The position numbers and the translations under genes are program-made. The notes under the pieces were generated by a model. It was not told the origin of the DNA. It worked only from the letters and a program-made list of their open reading frames with translations, and did no database searches. A stretch of 64,000 nt of DNA, from positions 21,564-85,563 of the forward strand of contig REDW01000061.1 in NCBI GenBank assembly GCA_007693325.1. The letters run 5' to 3'. The stretch is from Spirochaetaceae bacterium (GTDB taxonomy: Bacteria; Spirochaetota; Spirochaetia; DSM-27196; PWMO01). Shown here in pieces: positions 8,894-18,299 of this stretch (positions within the stretch are counted from its first letter, which is position 1; each line of letters opens with the position of its first letter).

Positions 8894-9718
8894 ATGCGCG
8901 TCATGGAACAACAGCGCGCTACCCTGCAACCATTGAGCCGTTTCAGCGCCAGGGACCGTGGCCGCATCACTCACGTCCTGTGCGACATCGATGATACGCT
9001 GACCACAAACGGTATCCTGGTTCCCGACGCCTACGCCGCTATTGCCGGGCTGGCGGACGCCGGCATTCACGTCATCCCGATTACCGGCAGACCGGCGGGC
9101 TGGTGCGATCATATTGCACGGATGTGGCCGATTGACGGCCTGGTAGGGGAGAACGGCGCGTTCTTCTTCCGCTATGACCGCCGGCAGAAACGCATGCAAC
9201 GCCATTTCTGGAAGAGTGCCGAGGAGCGCCGCAGCGATAATCAGCGCCTGCTGAAGCTGCGCGATATCATTCTGGAACAGGTTCCCGGCTGTGCGGTGGC
9301 GTCCGACCAGGCGTACCGCGAGGCGGATCTGGCGATCGATTTCTGCGAGGATGTTGCTCCGCTGCCGCGCACGCAGGTGCAGCGCATACAGACGCTGTTC
9401 GAAGAACACGGGGCGCACGCCAAGATCAGCTCAATCCACGTGAACGGCTGGTTTGGCGAGTACGATAAACTCTCAATGTCCGAGGTGCTGTTCCGGGAGG
9501 TTTACGCCCGCGATCTAGAAGCGTCCAGGGAGGCCGTGGTTTTCTGCGGCGATTCACCCAACGATGCGCCGATGTTCGGCTACTTTCCATTCTCGGTTGG
9601 CGTAGCTAACGTGCGTCAGTTCACCGACATACTCGAAGCCGCTCCGGCCTACGTTACCGAGTCAGAAGGAGGCGCCGGCTTTGCCGAGCTTGCCGGCGCC
9701 CTGTTGGCTGTTCGCTGA
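8894..9718 (+). CDS. HAD-IIB family phosphatase
   Basis: HVLCDIDDTLTTNG (HAD motif I), ITGRPAG and CGDSPNDAPMF (motif IV). Start ambiguous: TTG 8882, ATG 8894 or ATG 8903. Confidence 0.75.
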   Translation: MRVMEQQRATLQPLSRFSARDRGRITHVLCDIDDTLTTNGILVPDAYAAIAGLADAGIHVIPITGRPAGWCDHIARMWPIDGLVGENGAFFFRYDRRQKRMQRHFWKSAEERRSDNQRLLKLRDIILEQVPGCAVASDQAYREADLAIDFCEDVAPLPRTQVQRIQTLFEEHGAHAKISSIHVNGWFGEYDKLSMSEVLFREVYARDLEASREAVVFCGDSPNDAPMFGYFPFSVGVANVRQFTDILEAAPAYVTESEGGAGFAELAGALLAVR

Positions 9719-9727
9719 GCGTGGTAC

Positions 9728-12184
9728 TCAGACTCCGCTGCGGTATCGCTTCAGCAGTTCTCCGGTGGTCTGCACCGTGCTGGATGAGTGTCCTTTCAGC
9801 GGTAACAGCCGTTCATGAATCGCGTCGATGATCCACTCCTTCTGCGGAAAGAACGCGTCTTCCATCTCAAATGCGGGGGTAATCCAGTTGCGCGATCCGA
9901 CCACGACCGGCGGTCCGTCGAGGTAGTCAAAGGCAGCCTGGGCAACGTTCGAAGCAACGCTGTAGAGAAACGAGCCACGTTCGCAGGCATCTGAGGCCAA
10001 TACCAGCTTGCCGGTTTTGCGCACCGACTCCACAATCGGATCGAGGTTGAGCGGGTTGATGAAGCGGGCATCGATTACTTCGGCGTCAACGCCGTGCTTC
10101 TGCGCCAGGTCGTCGGCGGCTTCCAGCGCGCGGTAGAGCGTTGCGCCTATGGTGACAATTGTCACGTCGCCGCCGGCGCGGCGGACCACGGGTTCGCCTT
10201 CGGCTACTTCGTAGTAGTCTTGCGGCACCCCCTCCTTTTCAAACAGTTCACCAATATCGTACAGCCGTTGGCTCTCAAAGAAGACCACCGGATCGGTGCC
10301 ACGCAATGCCAGGTTCAACATGCCCTTGGCATCGTACGGCGTTGCCGGAAACATAACCTTCAGTCCGGGAATGTGGGCCACCATTGAGCTCCAGTCCTGC
10401 GAGTGCTGGGCACCGTACTTGCTGCCGACCGATACGCGCAGTACCAGCGGCATCTTCAGCACCCCGGCACTCATGCTCTGCCACTTGGCCATCTGGTTGA
10501 AGATCTCGTCACCTGCGCGGCCCATGAAGTCGCAGTACATCAGTTCCACCACCGCGCGCCCGCCCGACAGTGCGTAGCCAACGCCCGAGCCCACAATTGC
10601 GCCCTCGGATATCGAGGAGTTGAACAGCCGGTGATACGGCAGCGCTTCGGTGAGACCGCGGTAGACCGCAAACGCACCTCCCCAGTCGCGATTCTCTTCG
10701 CCGTAGGCAACCATCGTTGGATCGATGTAGAAGCGGTGCAACATCGCCTCAAACAGGGCGTCGCGATAGGCAAAGATCTTCATCTTGGACAGCGGCTTGC
10801 CGTTCTCATCCAGCGCGTAGCGCGAACGCTTGGCGAGCTGCTGCACACGCGGGTTCTCTTCGATTGATATCAACGTCTCGGGTTCGCGCTGCTCCATCTT
10901 CTCGGTCGGCGTGTTGGAGAACATGTATTCGCCGATCTTCTCTGCCGGGAGCCGTGGCGAGATATCCAGCGGTACCGCAAGTTTGAGCGCTGCGGTGATG
11001 TGCTCGGTGACCTGATTCTGGAGTGCATCGATATCATCCTGACTGACAACCTTGTTCTCCAGCAGATATTCGGAGAAACTGCGAATGCAGTCAGCGTCCT
11101 GCCACGCCTCGATTTCCTCTTTGGTGCGATACGACGAAGCGTCTGAGGGAGAGTGGCCCGAGATGCGATAGGTTATGGTGTCCATCAGCACCGGTCCGCG
11201 GCCCTCCAGTAAAACGTTCTTCTTGCGTTCTACCGCGTCGGCCACTGCAAGCGGGTTGTAGCCGTCAACGCGTTCAGCGTGCATCGCTTGCGGGTTGACG
11301 CCCGCGCCAACGCGCGCCAGCACGTCAAACCCCATGGTTTCGCCGTGGGTCTGGCCGCCCATGCCGTAGAAGTTGTTGATGAAGTTGAACATGATCGGTG
11401 GCGCCCCGCCGATGTCCTCGGGCCACAGTGTGCGGTACTGGTCCATGCTGGCAATCGTCATCGCTTCCCAGGTTGGGCCACATCCCATCGAGGCATCACC
11501 GATGTTGGCTATCACGATACCGCTCTTGCGGTTGACGCGCTTGAACAGCGCGGAGCCCATCGCGATGTCCGCGGAGCCGCCGACAATTGCGTTATTGGGC
11601 ATGCTGCCAAACGGCGCGAAGAATGCGTGCATTGACCCACCGAGTCCGCGGTTGAAGCCGGCTGCGCGACCGAAGATCTCTGCCAGCGTGCCGTAGATTA
11701 CGAAGCGTTCGGCGGTTGTTGTGACGGAATCGAGTTTGTCACGCTGGACTACCTTCAGCACATCGCCGTTGAGGTAACTCTTCATCACCGACTCGAGCTC
11801 TTTGTCCTCAAGTTTGTCGACTGCCGCCAGGCATTTGGCCAGAATCTCACCGTGGCTGCGGTGCGAACCGAAGATATAGTCATCGATCTCAAGCGCCGCG
11901 CATTGACCGACCGTGGTCGACTCCTGGCCGATTGAGAGGTGTGCCGGACCTTTGTGGTCGTACTCGATACCGTGATAGGCGCCCTGAGTCTTGATCTCGT
12001 TGAGCATGGTCTCAAACTCGCGGATCACCATCATGTGGTAGAGCATCCGCGTCAGACGCTGCTTGCCGTATTTCTTTACTTCGGCCTTGGCGTCTGACTT
12101 GTACTGGTTGACCGGTATGTCTGGGATCGAGATCGCGCCTGGTTTGCGAACTTCCTTTGGGTCGATTGTTAGTGACTGTGGCAT
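9728..12184 (-). CDS. 2-oxoacid dehydrogenase E1 component, fused alpha-beta subunits (TPP-dependent)
   Basis: The alpha part has the TPP region ([10 protein letters not shown]...NNFYGMGG). The beta part has the transketolase-like pyrimidine-binding and C-terminal domains. Start set at ATG 12184 (MPQSLTID), 6 nt after AAGGAG; the track ORF opens at 12217. Confidence 0.85.
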   Translation of the reverse strand: MPQSLTIDPKEVRKPGAISIPDIPVNQYKSDAKAEVKKYGKQRLTRMLYHMMVIREFETMLNEIKTQGAYHGIEYDHKGPAHLSIGQESTTVGQCAALEIDDYIFGSHRSHGEILAKCLAAVDKLEDKELESVMKSYLNGDVLKVVQRDKLDSVTTTAERFVIYGTLAEIFGRAAGFNRGLGGSMHAFFAPFGSMPNNAIVGGSADIAMGSALFKRVNRKSGIVIANIGDASMGCGPTWEAMTIASMDQYRTLWPEDIGGAPPIMFNFINNFYGMGGQTHGETMGFDVLARVGAGVNPQAMHAERVDGYNPLAVADAVERKKNVLLEGRGPVLMDTITYRISGHSPSDASSYRTKEEIEAWQDADCIRSFSEYLLENKVVSQDDIDALQNQVTEHITAALKLAVPLDISPRLPAEKIGEYMFSNTPTEKMEQREPETLISIEENPRVQQLAKRSRYALDENGKPLSKMKIFAYRDALFEAMLHRFYIDPTMVAYGEENRDWGGAFAVYRGLTEALPYHRLFNSSISEGAIVGSGVGYALSGGRAVVELMYCDFMGRAGDEIFNQMAKWQSMSAGVLKMPLVLRVSVGSKYGAQHSQDWSSMVAHIPGLKVMFPATPYDAKGMLNLALRGTDPVVFFESQRLYDIGELFEKEGVPQDYYEVAEGEPVVRRAGGDVTIVTIGATLYRALEAADDLAQKHGVDAEVIDARFINPLNLDPIVESVRKTGKLVLASDACERGSFLYSVASNVAQAAFDYLDGPPVVVGSRNWITPAFEMEDAFFPQKEWIIDAIHERLLPLKGHSSSTVQTTGELLKRYRSGV

Positions 12185-12201
12185 TCTGTACTCCTTGTGA
12201 C

Positions 12202-13548
12202 TTAGTCCATATCCCACATTGCGTCGCGAAAGACCTCGCTGACGGTGGGGTGGGGGAAGATGACCTCGCGGACATCTTTGATTCTCAGTTCGTTTTCGAT
12301 CATCAGTGCGGCACCAAAGATCAGCTCCGATACCCCGGAGCCGAGCATTTGCACACCGATGATCCGGCCGCTGGATGCGTCGGCAACAATTTTTGCGCTG
12401 CCGTTCTCACCGGGGTGTTCGGCAACGTAGCGGCCGCTGATCTTGAGACTGAAGCTGTGGGAGGTCACCTTCAGGCCTGCTTGGCGCGCTTCGGTCTCGG
12501 TCATGCCGCAGCCTGCAACCTCGGGCTGGGTGAATACTACCCACGGAATCGCCTCGTAGCGCATGCGCTGCGCCGGGCCCTGACCTTCCTTTTCCAGAAT
12601 CCGGGAAGCGGCAACATCGGCCATACGGTAGGCGGTGTGCGCCAGCAGACTGCGTCCGTTGACATCGCCAACCGCAAATACGTTCGGCAGGTTGGTCTCC
12701 AGAAAATCGTTGACGCGGATCCCGCTGCGGTCAACGTCCAGACCGTTGGCCTGGTAGCCCAGGTTATCAACGTTGGGCTGCCGCCCGGTAGAGATCAAAA
12801 TCAGATCGGAATCAACGTTCTGCTCGCGGCCGTCGCGCTCAAAGGTGAGCGACCCCTCGTTGATCTGCGATACGCGCGCGCCCAGCTCATAGCTGACGCC
12901 GCTGACGCTCTTGCGCAGCAGCGCTGCAAGATCGGGCTCCATGAACGGAATAATCTCGTCCATCATCTCCACAACCGTGACCGGCACTCCCAGCAGCGCA
13001 AAGAAAGAGGCAAACTCCATGCCGATGTAGCCGCCGCCGACAACGGTCACGGCTTTGGGCATATCACTGATTTCCAGCAGCTGGCTGCTGTTGACCACGC
13101 CGGGCGAGTCAATTCCCGGAATTGGCGGCCACGCCGGTGATGATCCGCTTGCCAGCACCAGGTAGCGGCCCTCGTAGCGTGTATCGCCCACCTGGACTGC
13201 GTTGCGGTCAACCATCATTCCGCGGCCATCGACAATCTGGACACCACGTTTCTTCAACGTGGCCGCGATTCCCTTGCGCAGGCCGCCAACCACCTGGGTT
13301 TTCCACTTCATGGCCGCGCTCAGGTCAAAGGTCGCCTGGGCTGTGACACCGATGCGCGCGCTGTCGCCGATGTGTGCGTAGGTCTTGGCGCTGTTCAACA
13401 GCGTCTTGGTCGGTATGCAACCAACGTTGAGGCACGTTCCGCCCAGCTGCCGTTCTTCGATCAATACGGTCTGCAGGCCGGCTTCGGCGGTGCGTTCTGC
13501 CGCGCGATAACCAGCGGGACCGCCGCCCAGAATTACAACATCGTACAT
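12202..13548 (-). CDS. lpdA: dihydrolipoyl dehydrogenase (E3)
   Basis: [14 protein letters not shown]...[13 protein letters not shown] redox-active disulfide motif and a C-terminal dimerisation domain ending HPT.SE. Confidence 0.9.
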   Translation of the reverse strand: MYDVVILGGGPAGYRAAERTAEAGLQTVLIEERQLGGTCLNVGCIPTKTLLNSAKTYAHIGDSARIGVTAQATFDLSAAMKWKTQVVGGLRKGIAATLKKRGVQIVDGRGMMVDRNAVQVGDTRYEGRYLVLASGSSPAWPPIPGIDSPGVVNSSQLLEISDMPKAVTVVGGGYIGMEFASFFALLGVPVTVVEMMDEIIPFMEPDLAALLRKSVSGVSYELGARVSQINEGSLTFERDGREQNVDSDLILISTGRQPNVDNLGYQANGLDVDRSGIRVNDFLETNLPNVFAVGDVNGRSLLAHTAYRMADVAASRILEKEGQGPAQRMRYEAIPWVVFTQPEVAGCGMTETEARQAGLKVTSHSFSLKISGRYVAEHPGENGSAKIVADASSGRIIGVQMLGSGVSELIFGAALMIENELRIKDVREVIFPHPTVSEVFRDAMWDMD

Positions 13549-13559
13549 GACAATTCTCC

Positions 13560-14924
13560 TTACAACGCCAGTGTCAGGTCGATTTCGGCTATCGCTTCAC
13601 AGAGTGCCTGCAGAAAGCGCGCCGCCGGGGCGCCGTCTACCGCCCGGTGATCGATTGTCAGTGACAGCCCGATAGATGGCACAAACTCAACCTCCGACTC
13701 ACCGGCTACCGGCTTGAGCTGGATGTTGGAAACACCCAGAATTGCCACCTGGGGCGGATTGAGTACCGGGGTGAAGTGCTCTATACCGAGGCCTCCGAGG
13801 TTGGTAACCGTGAAGGTTCCGCCGGCCAGCTCATCAGCCTCGGCGCTGCCCTGCTGGCAGGCCGCCGCCAGACGTTTGGCTTCTTCGGACATCTGCAGCA
13901 GGCTCAAGCGGTCCGCAAAGCGGATGGTCGGCACCATCAGGCCTTTCGGCGTATCAACGGCAAATCCCAGGTGCACGTGGCGGAACTGCCGGATTTCGCT
14001 GTCGCCCATGTGGCTGTTCATGTAGCCGAAACGCGGCACGGTTCGCGACACCGCAAAGTGCAGCAGGTCATTGAGGGTCACGCCGCCCAGGCCCAGGGTT
14101 GCGTCGGCTTCTTTGAAGCGCCGGCGCAGGCGTTGCAGCGCGCGTGCATCTGCGCTGCTATTGAGGGTCAGCTGCGCGGTTGTCTGAAGTGATGCAAGCA
14201 TCCGTTCGGCAATCAGTTTGCGCACGCCTTTCAGCGGTTGTGCTTCAGTCGGGCCGGGGAAATCAGCGCCCGGCGCGGCGGCGTCCGCAGCAGCTGTGGT
14301 TGAGACGGGCTGCTGTAGGTCGGCGCTGCGCACGCGCCCGCCGATTCCGCTACCGTGGCCCGGCCGCGCCGTGCCGGCTGTCTCTGCCCGGGCGGAGGCG
14401 GTCAGCGGCTCGCCGGAGTCCAGCAGCGCCTGGATATCGCGCTCGATGATGCGTCCGCCGGGGCCACTGCCCGTGACTGCGCTGTGATCCAGTCCGTGCT
14501 TTGCGGCCAGTTTACGCGCCCGCGGCGAGATGAAGCCCGGCCCGGCGCCGTCAGTTTCGGTATCCTGCGCCGGCCTCTGCGTTGGAGTGTCTGCAGCTGA
14601 ACTCCGCTGCTCAGGCTGGTCCTCAGCCGCGTCGTCCGTGGCTGTGCCGGCGTCATCATCGGAGCCTTCGTGCTCGATCTCTTCGCCGGCTTCCCCGATG
14701 TAGGCTATCGGTGTCAGTACCGGCACGTCGTCGTCTGCCTGGTGCAGGACACGCAGCAGTACGCCGGAAGCCGGCGCTTCGACCTCAAACGTTGCCTTGT
14801 CGGTCTCAACTTCGCAGAGAGTCTCACCCTCGCTGACACTGTCGCCCTCGTTCTTTTTCCACTCTACAATCAGGCAGCTTTCTACCGACTGACCCTGGCG
14901 TGGCATCAATACTTCGGTTGCCAT
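13560..14924 (-). CDS. dihydrolipoamide acyltransferase (E2)
   Basis: Lipoyl domain (CEVETDKATFEVEAP), E3-binding domain (ISPRARKLAAKHGLD...GSGPGGRI) and catalytic DHRAVDGA motif. Confidence 0.9.
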   Translation of the reverse strand: MATEVLMPRQGQSVESCLIVEWKKNEGDSVSEGETLCEVETDKATFEVEAPASGVLLRVLHQADDDVPVLTPIAYIGEAGEEIEHEGSDDDAGTATDDAAEDQPEQRSSAADTPTQRPAQDTETDGAGPGFISPRARKLAAKHGLDHSAVTGSGPGGRIIERDIQALLDSGEPLTASARAETAGTARPGHGSGIGGRVRSADLQQPVSTTAAADAAAPGADFPGPTEAQPLKGVRKLIAERMLASLQTTAQLTLNSSADARALQRLRRRFKEADATLGLGGVTLNDLLHFAVSRTVPRFGYMNSHMGDSEIRQFRHVHLGFAVDTPKGLMVPTIRFADRLSLLQMSEEAKRLAAACQQGSAEADELAGGTFTVTNLGGLGIEHFTPVLNPPQVAILGVSNIQLKPVAGESEVEFVPSIGLSLTIDHRAVDGAPAARFLQALCEAIAEIDLTLAL

Positions 14925-14933
14925 CCGTTCCTC

Positions 14934-15689
14934 CTAAACTCGGTGTACGTCCAGTCCGCAATCTGTCAGCGCCTCGCAGGCCTGCTGCGGCAGATCGCGG
15001 TCAGTTACAATATGAGTGATCCCGTCAAGCGGGAGCACCGCTACAAAACCTCGATGACCCCATTTGGAGCTGTCGGCTACCATCACTACGCGTTCGGCCT
15101 GTTGTGATATCTTGCGCACAATTTCTGCTCCTTCAACAAGGTGAGTAGAGAGTCCGTACTCGATAGTGAAGCCGTCGGTGCCCACAAAGGCGGTGCGCAC
15201 GTGAAACCGCTCCAGTTCGCCGAGCGCCAGCGGTCCGACAAAGGATTCTGTTTCCGGCCGAAACGATCCCCCCACCATCGTCAGGCTCAGTTGCGGGTTT
15301 GCGCGCGCGTACGGCAGTATCAGCGTTGAGTTGCTCACTACACTGATATTGCGTTTGCCGAAGATGTAGCGTGCCACCAGCGCGGTAGTGGTTCCCGCCT
15401 CTATCATGATGGTATCACCTTCATCTACCAGCGCCGCCGCGGCGCGCGCTATGCGATGCTTGCACTCAACTGCGGTGCGCTGCCGCTCTGCAATTGCCGG
15501 ATGGAACGCCGGCGCGGCGCCGCCCCAGGTGCGCACGATCATACCCTTGTCGGCCAGGCTGTTGAGCACCGACCGAACCGTGACCGCAGAGATCTGCAGC
15601 GCCTTGCTCATCTGCGAGACCGAGCAGTTGGGGTCCTCCATGATCAGATCGATCAGCGCTTGTTCCCTTTCATTAAGGCTATGAATCAC
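14934..15689 (-). CDS. DeoR-family transcriptional regulator
   Basis: N-terminal wHTH (SVSQMSKALQISAVTVRSVLNSLADKG) plus a DeoR C-terminal sugar-phosphate-binding-type domain. GTG start. Stop lies 9 nt before the E2 start. Confidence 0.85.
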   Translation of the reverse strand: MIHSLNEREQALIDLIMEDPNCSVSQMSKALQISAVTVRSVLNSLADKGMIVRTWGGAAPAFHPAIAERQRTAVECKHRIARAAAALVDEGDTIMIEAGTTTALVARYIFGKRNISVVSNSTLILPYARANPQLSLTMVGGSFRPETESFVGPLALGELERFHVRTAFVGTDGFTIEYGLSTHLVEGAEIVRKISQQAERVVMVADSSKWGHRGFVAVLPLDGITHIVTDRDLPQQACEALTDCGLDVHRV

Positions 15690-15717
15690 TTACGAAATCC
15701 TTACGATATGTGTGCGT

Positions 15718-15746
15718 ACCGTAGCATTTTCCCGCCGCTTACGCAA
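15718..15746 (-). promoter_or_regulatory. possible promoter TTGCGT-N17-TACGGT for the deoR-E2-E3-E1 operon
   Basis: Minus-strand hexamers at 15746..15741 and 15723..15718. Motif reading only. Confidence 0.3.
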
Positions 15747-15862
15747 GTGTTGTGTGGCAAAAAAGTACGTATTGCATCAGGGCCAGTGGCAGGCTATCAG
15801 TTATGCCGGTGCCGATTTCTCCACCGCGCCCCGGCATGGATCAGAGCGCTGTTCCGGTCACC

Positions 15863-16294
15863 TCAGGAGCGGATCACGCCCTTTTTGAGGATGATGTTGG
15901 CGTAGAGCGAAGTCTCGCCGGTGGCCACTACTGCGTAGCACCGCTTAGCCTGCTCGTAGAACGCGAACCGCTCCACGTGCTCAAAGCCGGCGAAGTCCTT
16001 CTCATGCGTGCGGCACAGCTTCTCGTATTCGGCCCAGATCGGCGGAGTGGGAGTTGCGGGGTCCACCAGCTGCATCAGGAAGGCCGGTTTCTTCACAAAG
16101 TCATCCAGCGGATAGAGCGCCAGAATTGCATCCAGAATTGGCGCTACGCCGTGGCCGTCGAGACGCACCAACCGTTGGGCATAGGCGGCAGCCGGAAAGT
16201 TGCCGTCGCCGATGCAGAGCTCATCACCGTGTCCCATCTCCATCAGGATCTTCAGTAGATCGGGATTCAGAATTGACGGAATATTCTTCAGCAT
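15863..16294 (-). CDS. fucU: L-fucose mutarotase
   Basis: MLKNIPSILNPDLLKILMEMGHGDE...RFAFYEQAK...TGE...YANIILKKGV aligns by eye with E. coli FucU. Confidence 0.9.
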   Translation of the reverse strand: MLKNIPSILNPDLLKILMEMGHGDELCIGDGNFPAAAYAQRLVRLDGHGVAPILDAILALYPLDDFVKKPAFLMQLVDPATPTPPIWAEYEKLCRTHEKDFAGFEHVERFAFYEQAKRCYAVVATGETSLYANIILKKGVIRS

Positions 16295-16332
16295 CTTTGG
16301 CCTCCATGGTATTCAGTAGTATTCACTATCCG

Positions 16333-18150
16333 TTACGACGACGCGTACAACGGACCAAAGGTTGAACAGGCGCGGAAGTCCGAGCCCTCCAGATCCATCC
16401 CAAACGCGGTCCAGCTGCTGGGTCGGAACACGCTCTGTTCGGCAACGTTGTGCATGTAGACCGGAATGCGCAGCATCGACGCCAGCGTGATCAGATCGGC
16501 TCCGTAGTGACCGTAGCCGATTGCGCCGTGATTGGCGCCCCAGTTGAGCATAACCGTATAGACGTCGCGGAAGCGCGAGTTGTCCATCAGCCGCGGCACA
16601 AACCAGGTGGTTGGCCAGGTCGGGTCGGTACGGTTGTCGAGTGTCTGGTGCACGTTCTGCGGCAGATCGATTGCCCAGCCCTCGGCGATCTGCAGCGCCG
16701 GCCCCAGCCCGGCAATCATGTTCAAGCGGCACATGGTGACCGGCATCTCGCCGCGCGTCAGGTAGTTGGAAGAATACCCGCCGCCGCGGAAGTACTCGGT
16801 GTTCGCCGGGCGCCACGAGGTGGCGTCGAGGCACGCAGCGGCTTCTTCCGGGGTGATCTCCCAGTACGGTTTCATTGCCGGTTGGCCGTTCAGCGATTGC
16901 TGACCGGTGCCGTCCAGCGTGGCAGGCCCGGAGTTTATCAGATGGATAAAACCGTTCTCGGCGCGTCCCGACAGCGCCGTGCCGCTGACCCGTTTGACCG
17001 CGTCCGGGCTCCAGTAGGTGCGCACGTCGGCAAAGATCTGTGCGCCGCCGGTCAGCAGATGACCAAACAGCATCGACACCGCGTTCAGGTTGTCATTTTC
17101 CGTGGCTACCATGAACGGCTGCCGGATTCCGTTCCAGTCAAACGAAGAGGTCAGAATTGCCTCCATGAAATCGCCGTTGGGCATGAAGTCGGTCCACTGA
17201 CGCTGGCCCTGAAAGCCCGATGCAATCGCGTTGTGCCCTAGCGCTTCCTCCTGGTAGTCCAGCTCGGCAAGCTTCGGGTTGCCGATCATAAGGTCGCGTG
17301 CGATCAGCGTCATCTTGACCGATGTTTCCCAGTCCTGGTCCTTTTGCTCACGCGAGCGCTGATTCTGCGGAGCGTTATTGTCCGGGCCTTCCTTGCAATT
17401 GGCCTGAGTCCATTGCAGCGCACGCTGGAACTCTTCGGGATCGTAGATCTGGTTGTCCATGCGCCTGATGAACTCCGACATATCAACGTACTCATTGCGC
17501 ATACCCAGATACTCTTTGTAGAAGCTCTCGGTCACGTAGCATCCGGCAATCCCCATAGAGACGCTGCCCATCGACAGGTAGCTCTTACCGCGCATGGTTG
17601 CCAGCGCCAGTCCAGCGCGCGCAAATCTCAGCAGCTTCTCCTGCACGTCGGCCGGAATCGAGGAATCATCAGCGTCCTGAACCTCGCGGCCGTAGATACC
17701 GAAGGCCGGAATGCCGCGCTGCGAGTGGCCGGCCAGTGTCGCCGCCAGGTAGACCGCGCCGGGACGTTCGGTGCCGTTGAAGCCCCAGACGGCCTTGGGG
17801 ATCAGTGGGGTTGTGTCCATGGTCTCTGAGCCGTAGCACCAGCAGGGCGTCACGGTTATCGAGACAGCAACGCTCTCACGCTCGAATTTCTCGGCGCATT
17901 GCGCCGCCTCTGCTACACCGCCGATGCAGCTGTCCGCGATGACACACTCGACATTGGTCCCGTCGGCGTGCCGCAGCCGCGACTGCAGCAGCGAGGCGGT
18001 AGCGCGGGCCATATTCATGGTCTGCTCTTCGAGACTCTCGCGCACGCCTTTGCGGCGCCCATCGATTGTGGGCCGAATGCCTATCTTCGGCGAGTTTCCG
18101 TGTAACCGTCCGGCAGGCGGGTTCTGTTTCAGTGATCTGATATCAGCCAT
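16333..18150 (-). CDS. fucI: L-fucose isomerase
   Basis: [27 protein letters not shown]...[12 protein letters not shown]...[16 protein letters not shown]... matches E. coli FucI closely over its whole length. GGAGG lies 6 nt upstream of the ATG. Confidence 0.95.
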   Translation of the reverse strand: MADIRSLKQNPPAGRLHGNSPKIGIRPTIDGRRKGVRESLEEQTMNMARATASLLQSRLRHADGTNVECVIADSCIGGVAEAAQCAEKFERESVAVSITVTPCWCYGSETMDTTPLIPKAVWGFNGTERPGAVYLAATLAGHSQRGIPAFGIYGREVQDADDSSIPADVQEKLLRFARAGLALATMRGKSYLSMGSVSMGIAGCYVTESFYKEYLGMRNEYVDMSEFIRRMDNQIYDPEEFQRALQWTQANCKEGPDNNAPQNQRSREQKDQDWETSVKMTLIARDLMIGNPKLAELDYQEEALGHNAIASGFQGQRQWTDFMPNGDFMEAILTSSFDWNGIRQPFMVATENDNLNAVSMLFGHLLTGGAQIFADVRTYWSPDAVKRVSGTALSGRAENGFIHLINSGPATLDGTGQQSLNGQPAMKPYWEITPEEAAACLDATSWRPANTEYFRGGGYSSNYLTRGEMPVTMCRLNMIAGLGPALQIAEGWAIDLPQNVHQTLDNRTDPTWPTTWFVPRLMDNSRFRDVYTVMLNWGANHGAIGYGHYGADLITLASMLRIPVYMHNVAEQSVFRPSSWTAFGMDLEGSDFRACSTFGPLYASS

Positions 18151-18210
18151 TACTTTCCTCCGCTAAGCTGTATTTGCGTAACGCGTATCAATCGCTGAGT
18201 TGATACTCAG

Positions 18211-18224
18211 TGTAATCGATTGCA
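18211..18224. promoter_or_regulatory. LacI/CcpA-type palindromic operator TGTAATCGATTGCA
   Basis: 12 of 14 positions are self-complementary. 13 of 14 match the TGWAANCGNTNWCA consensus. Located 61-74 nt upstream of the fucI ATG, just downstream of the predicted -10. Confidence 0.5.
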
Positions 18225-18235
18225 TAACCTGGATC

Positions 18236-18264
18236 ATTATAAACCGGCCCGTCGGGGCCGTCAA
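18236..18264 (-). promoter_or_regulatory. sigma70-like promoter TTGACG-N17-TATAAT driving fucI-fucU
   Basis: Minus-strand TTGACG at 18264..18259 and TATAAT at 18241..18236, exact 17-nt spacer. Confidence 0.55.
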
Positions 18265-18299
18265 AGAGAATTCACGCCTGGGCTCCACCCGTTATTTGG

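Noticed and set aside
16313-17241. ORFs 16313..16834 (-) and 16450..17241 (+) inside the fucI locus
   Set aside because: They are out of frame with or antisense to fucI, which aligns with E. coli FucI over its whole length. Their translations are Arg/Pro/Gly-rich with no motifs.
18181-18200. ACGCGT-centred sequence (tgcgtaacgcgtatca) as a second LacI-type operator upstream of fucI
   Set aside because: Only the central 6 bp are palindromic. The half-sites match in 4 of 8 positions, far weaker than the 18211..18224 site.
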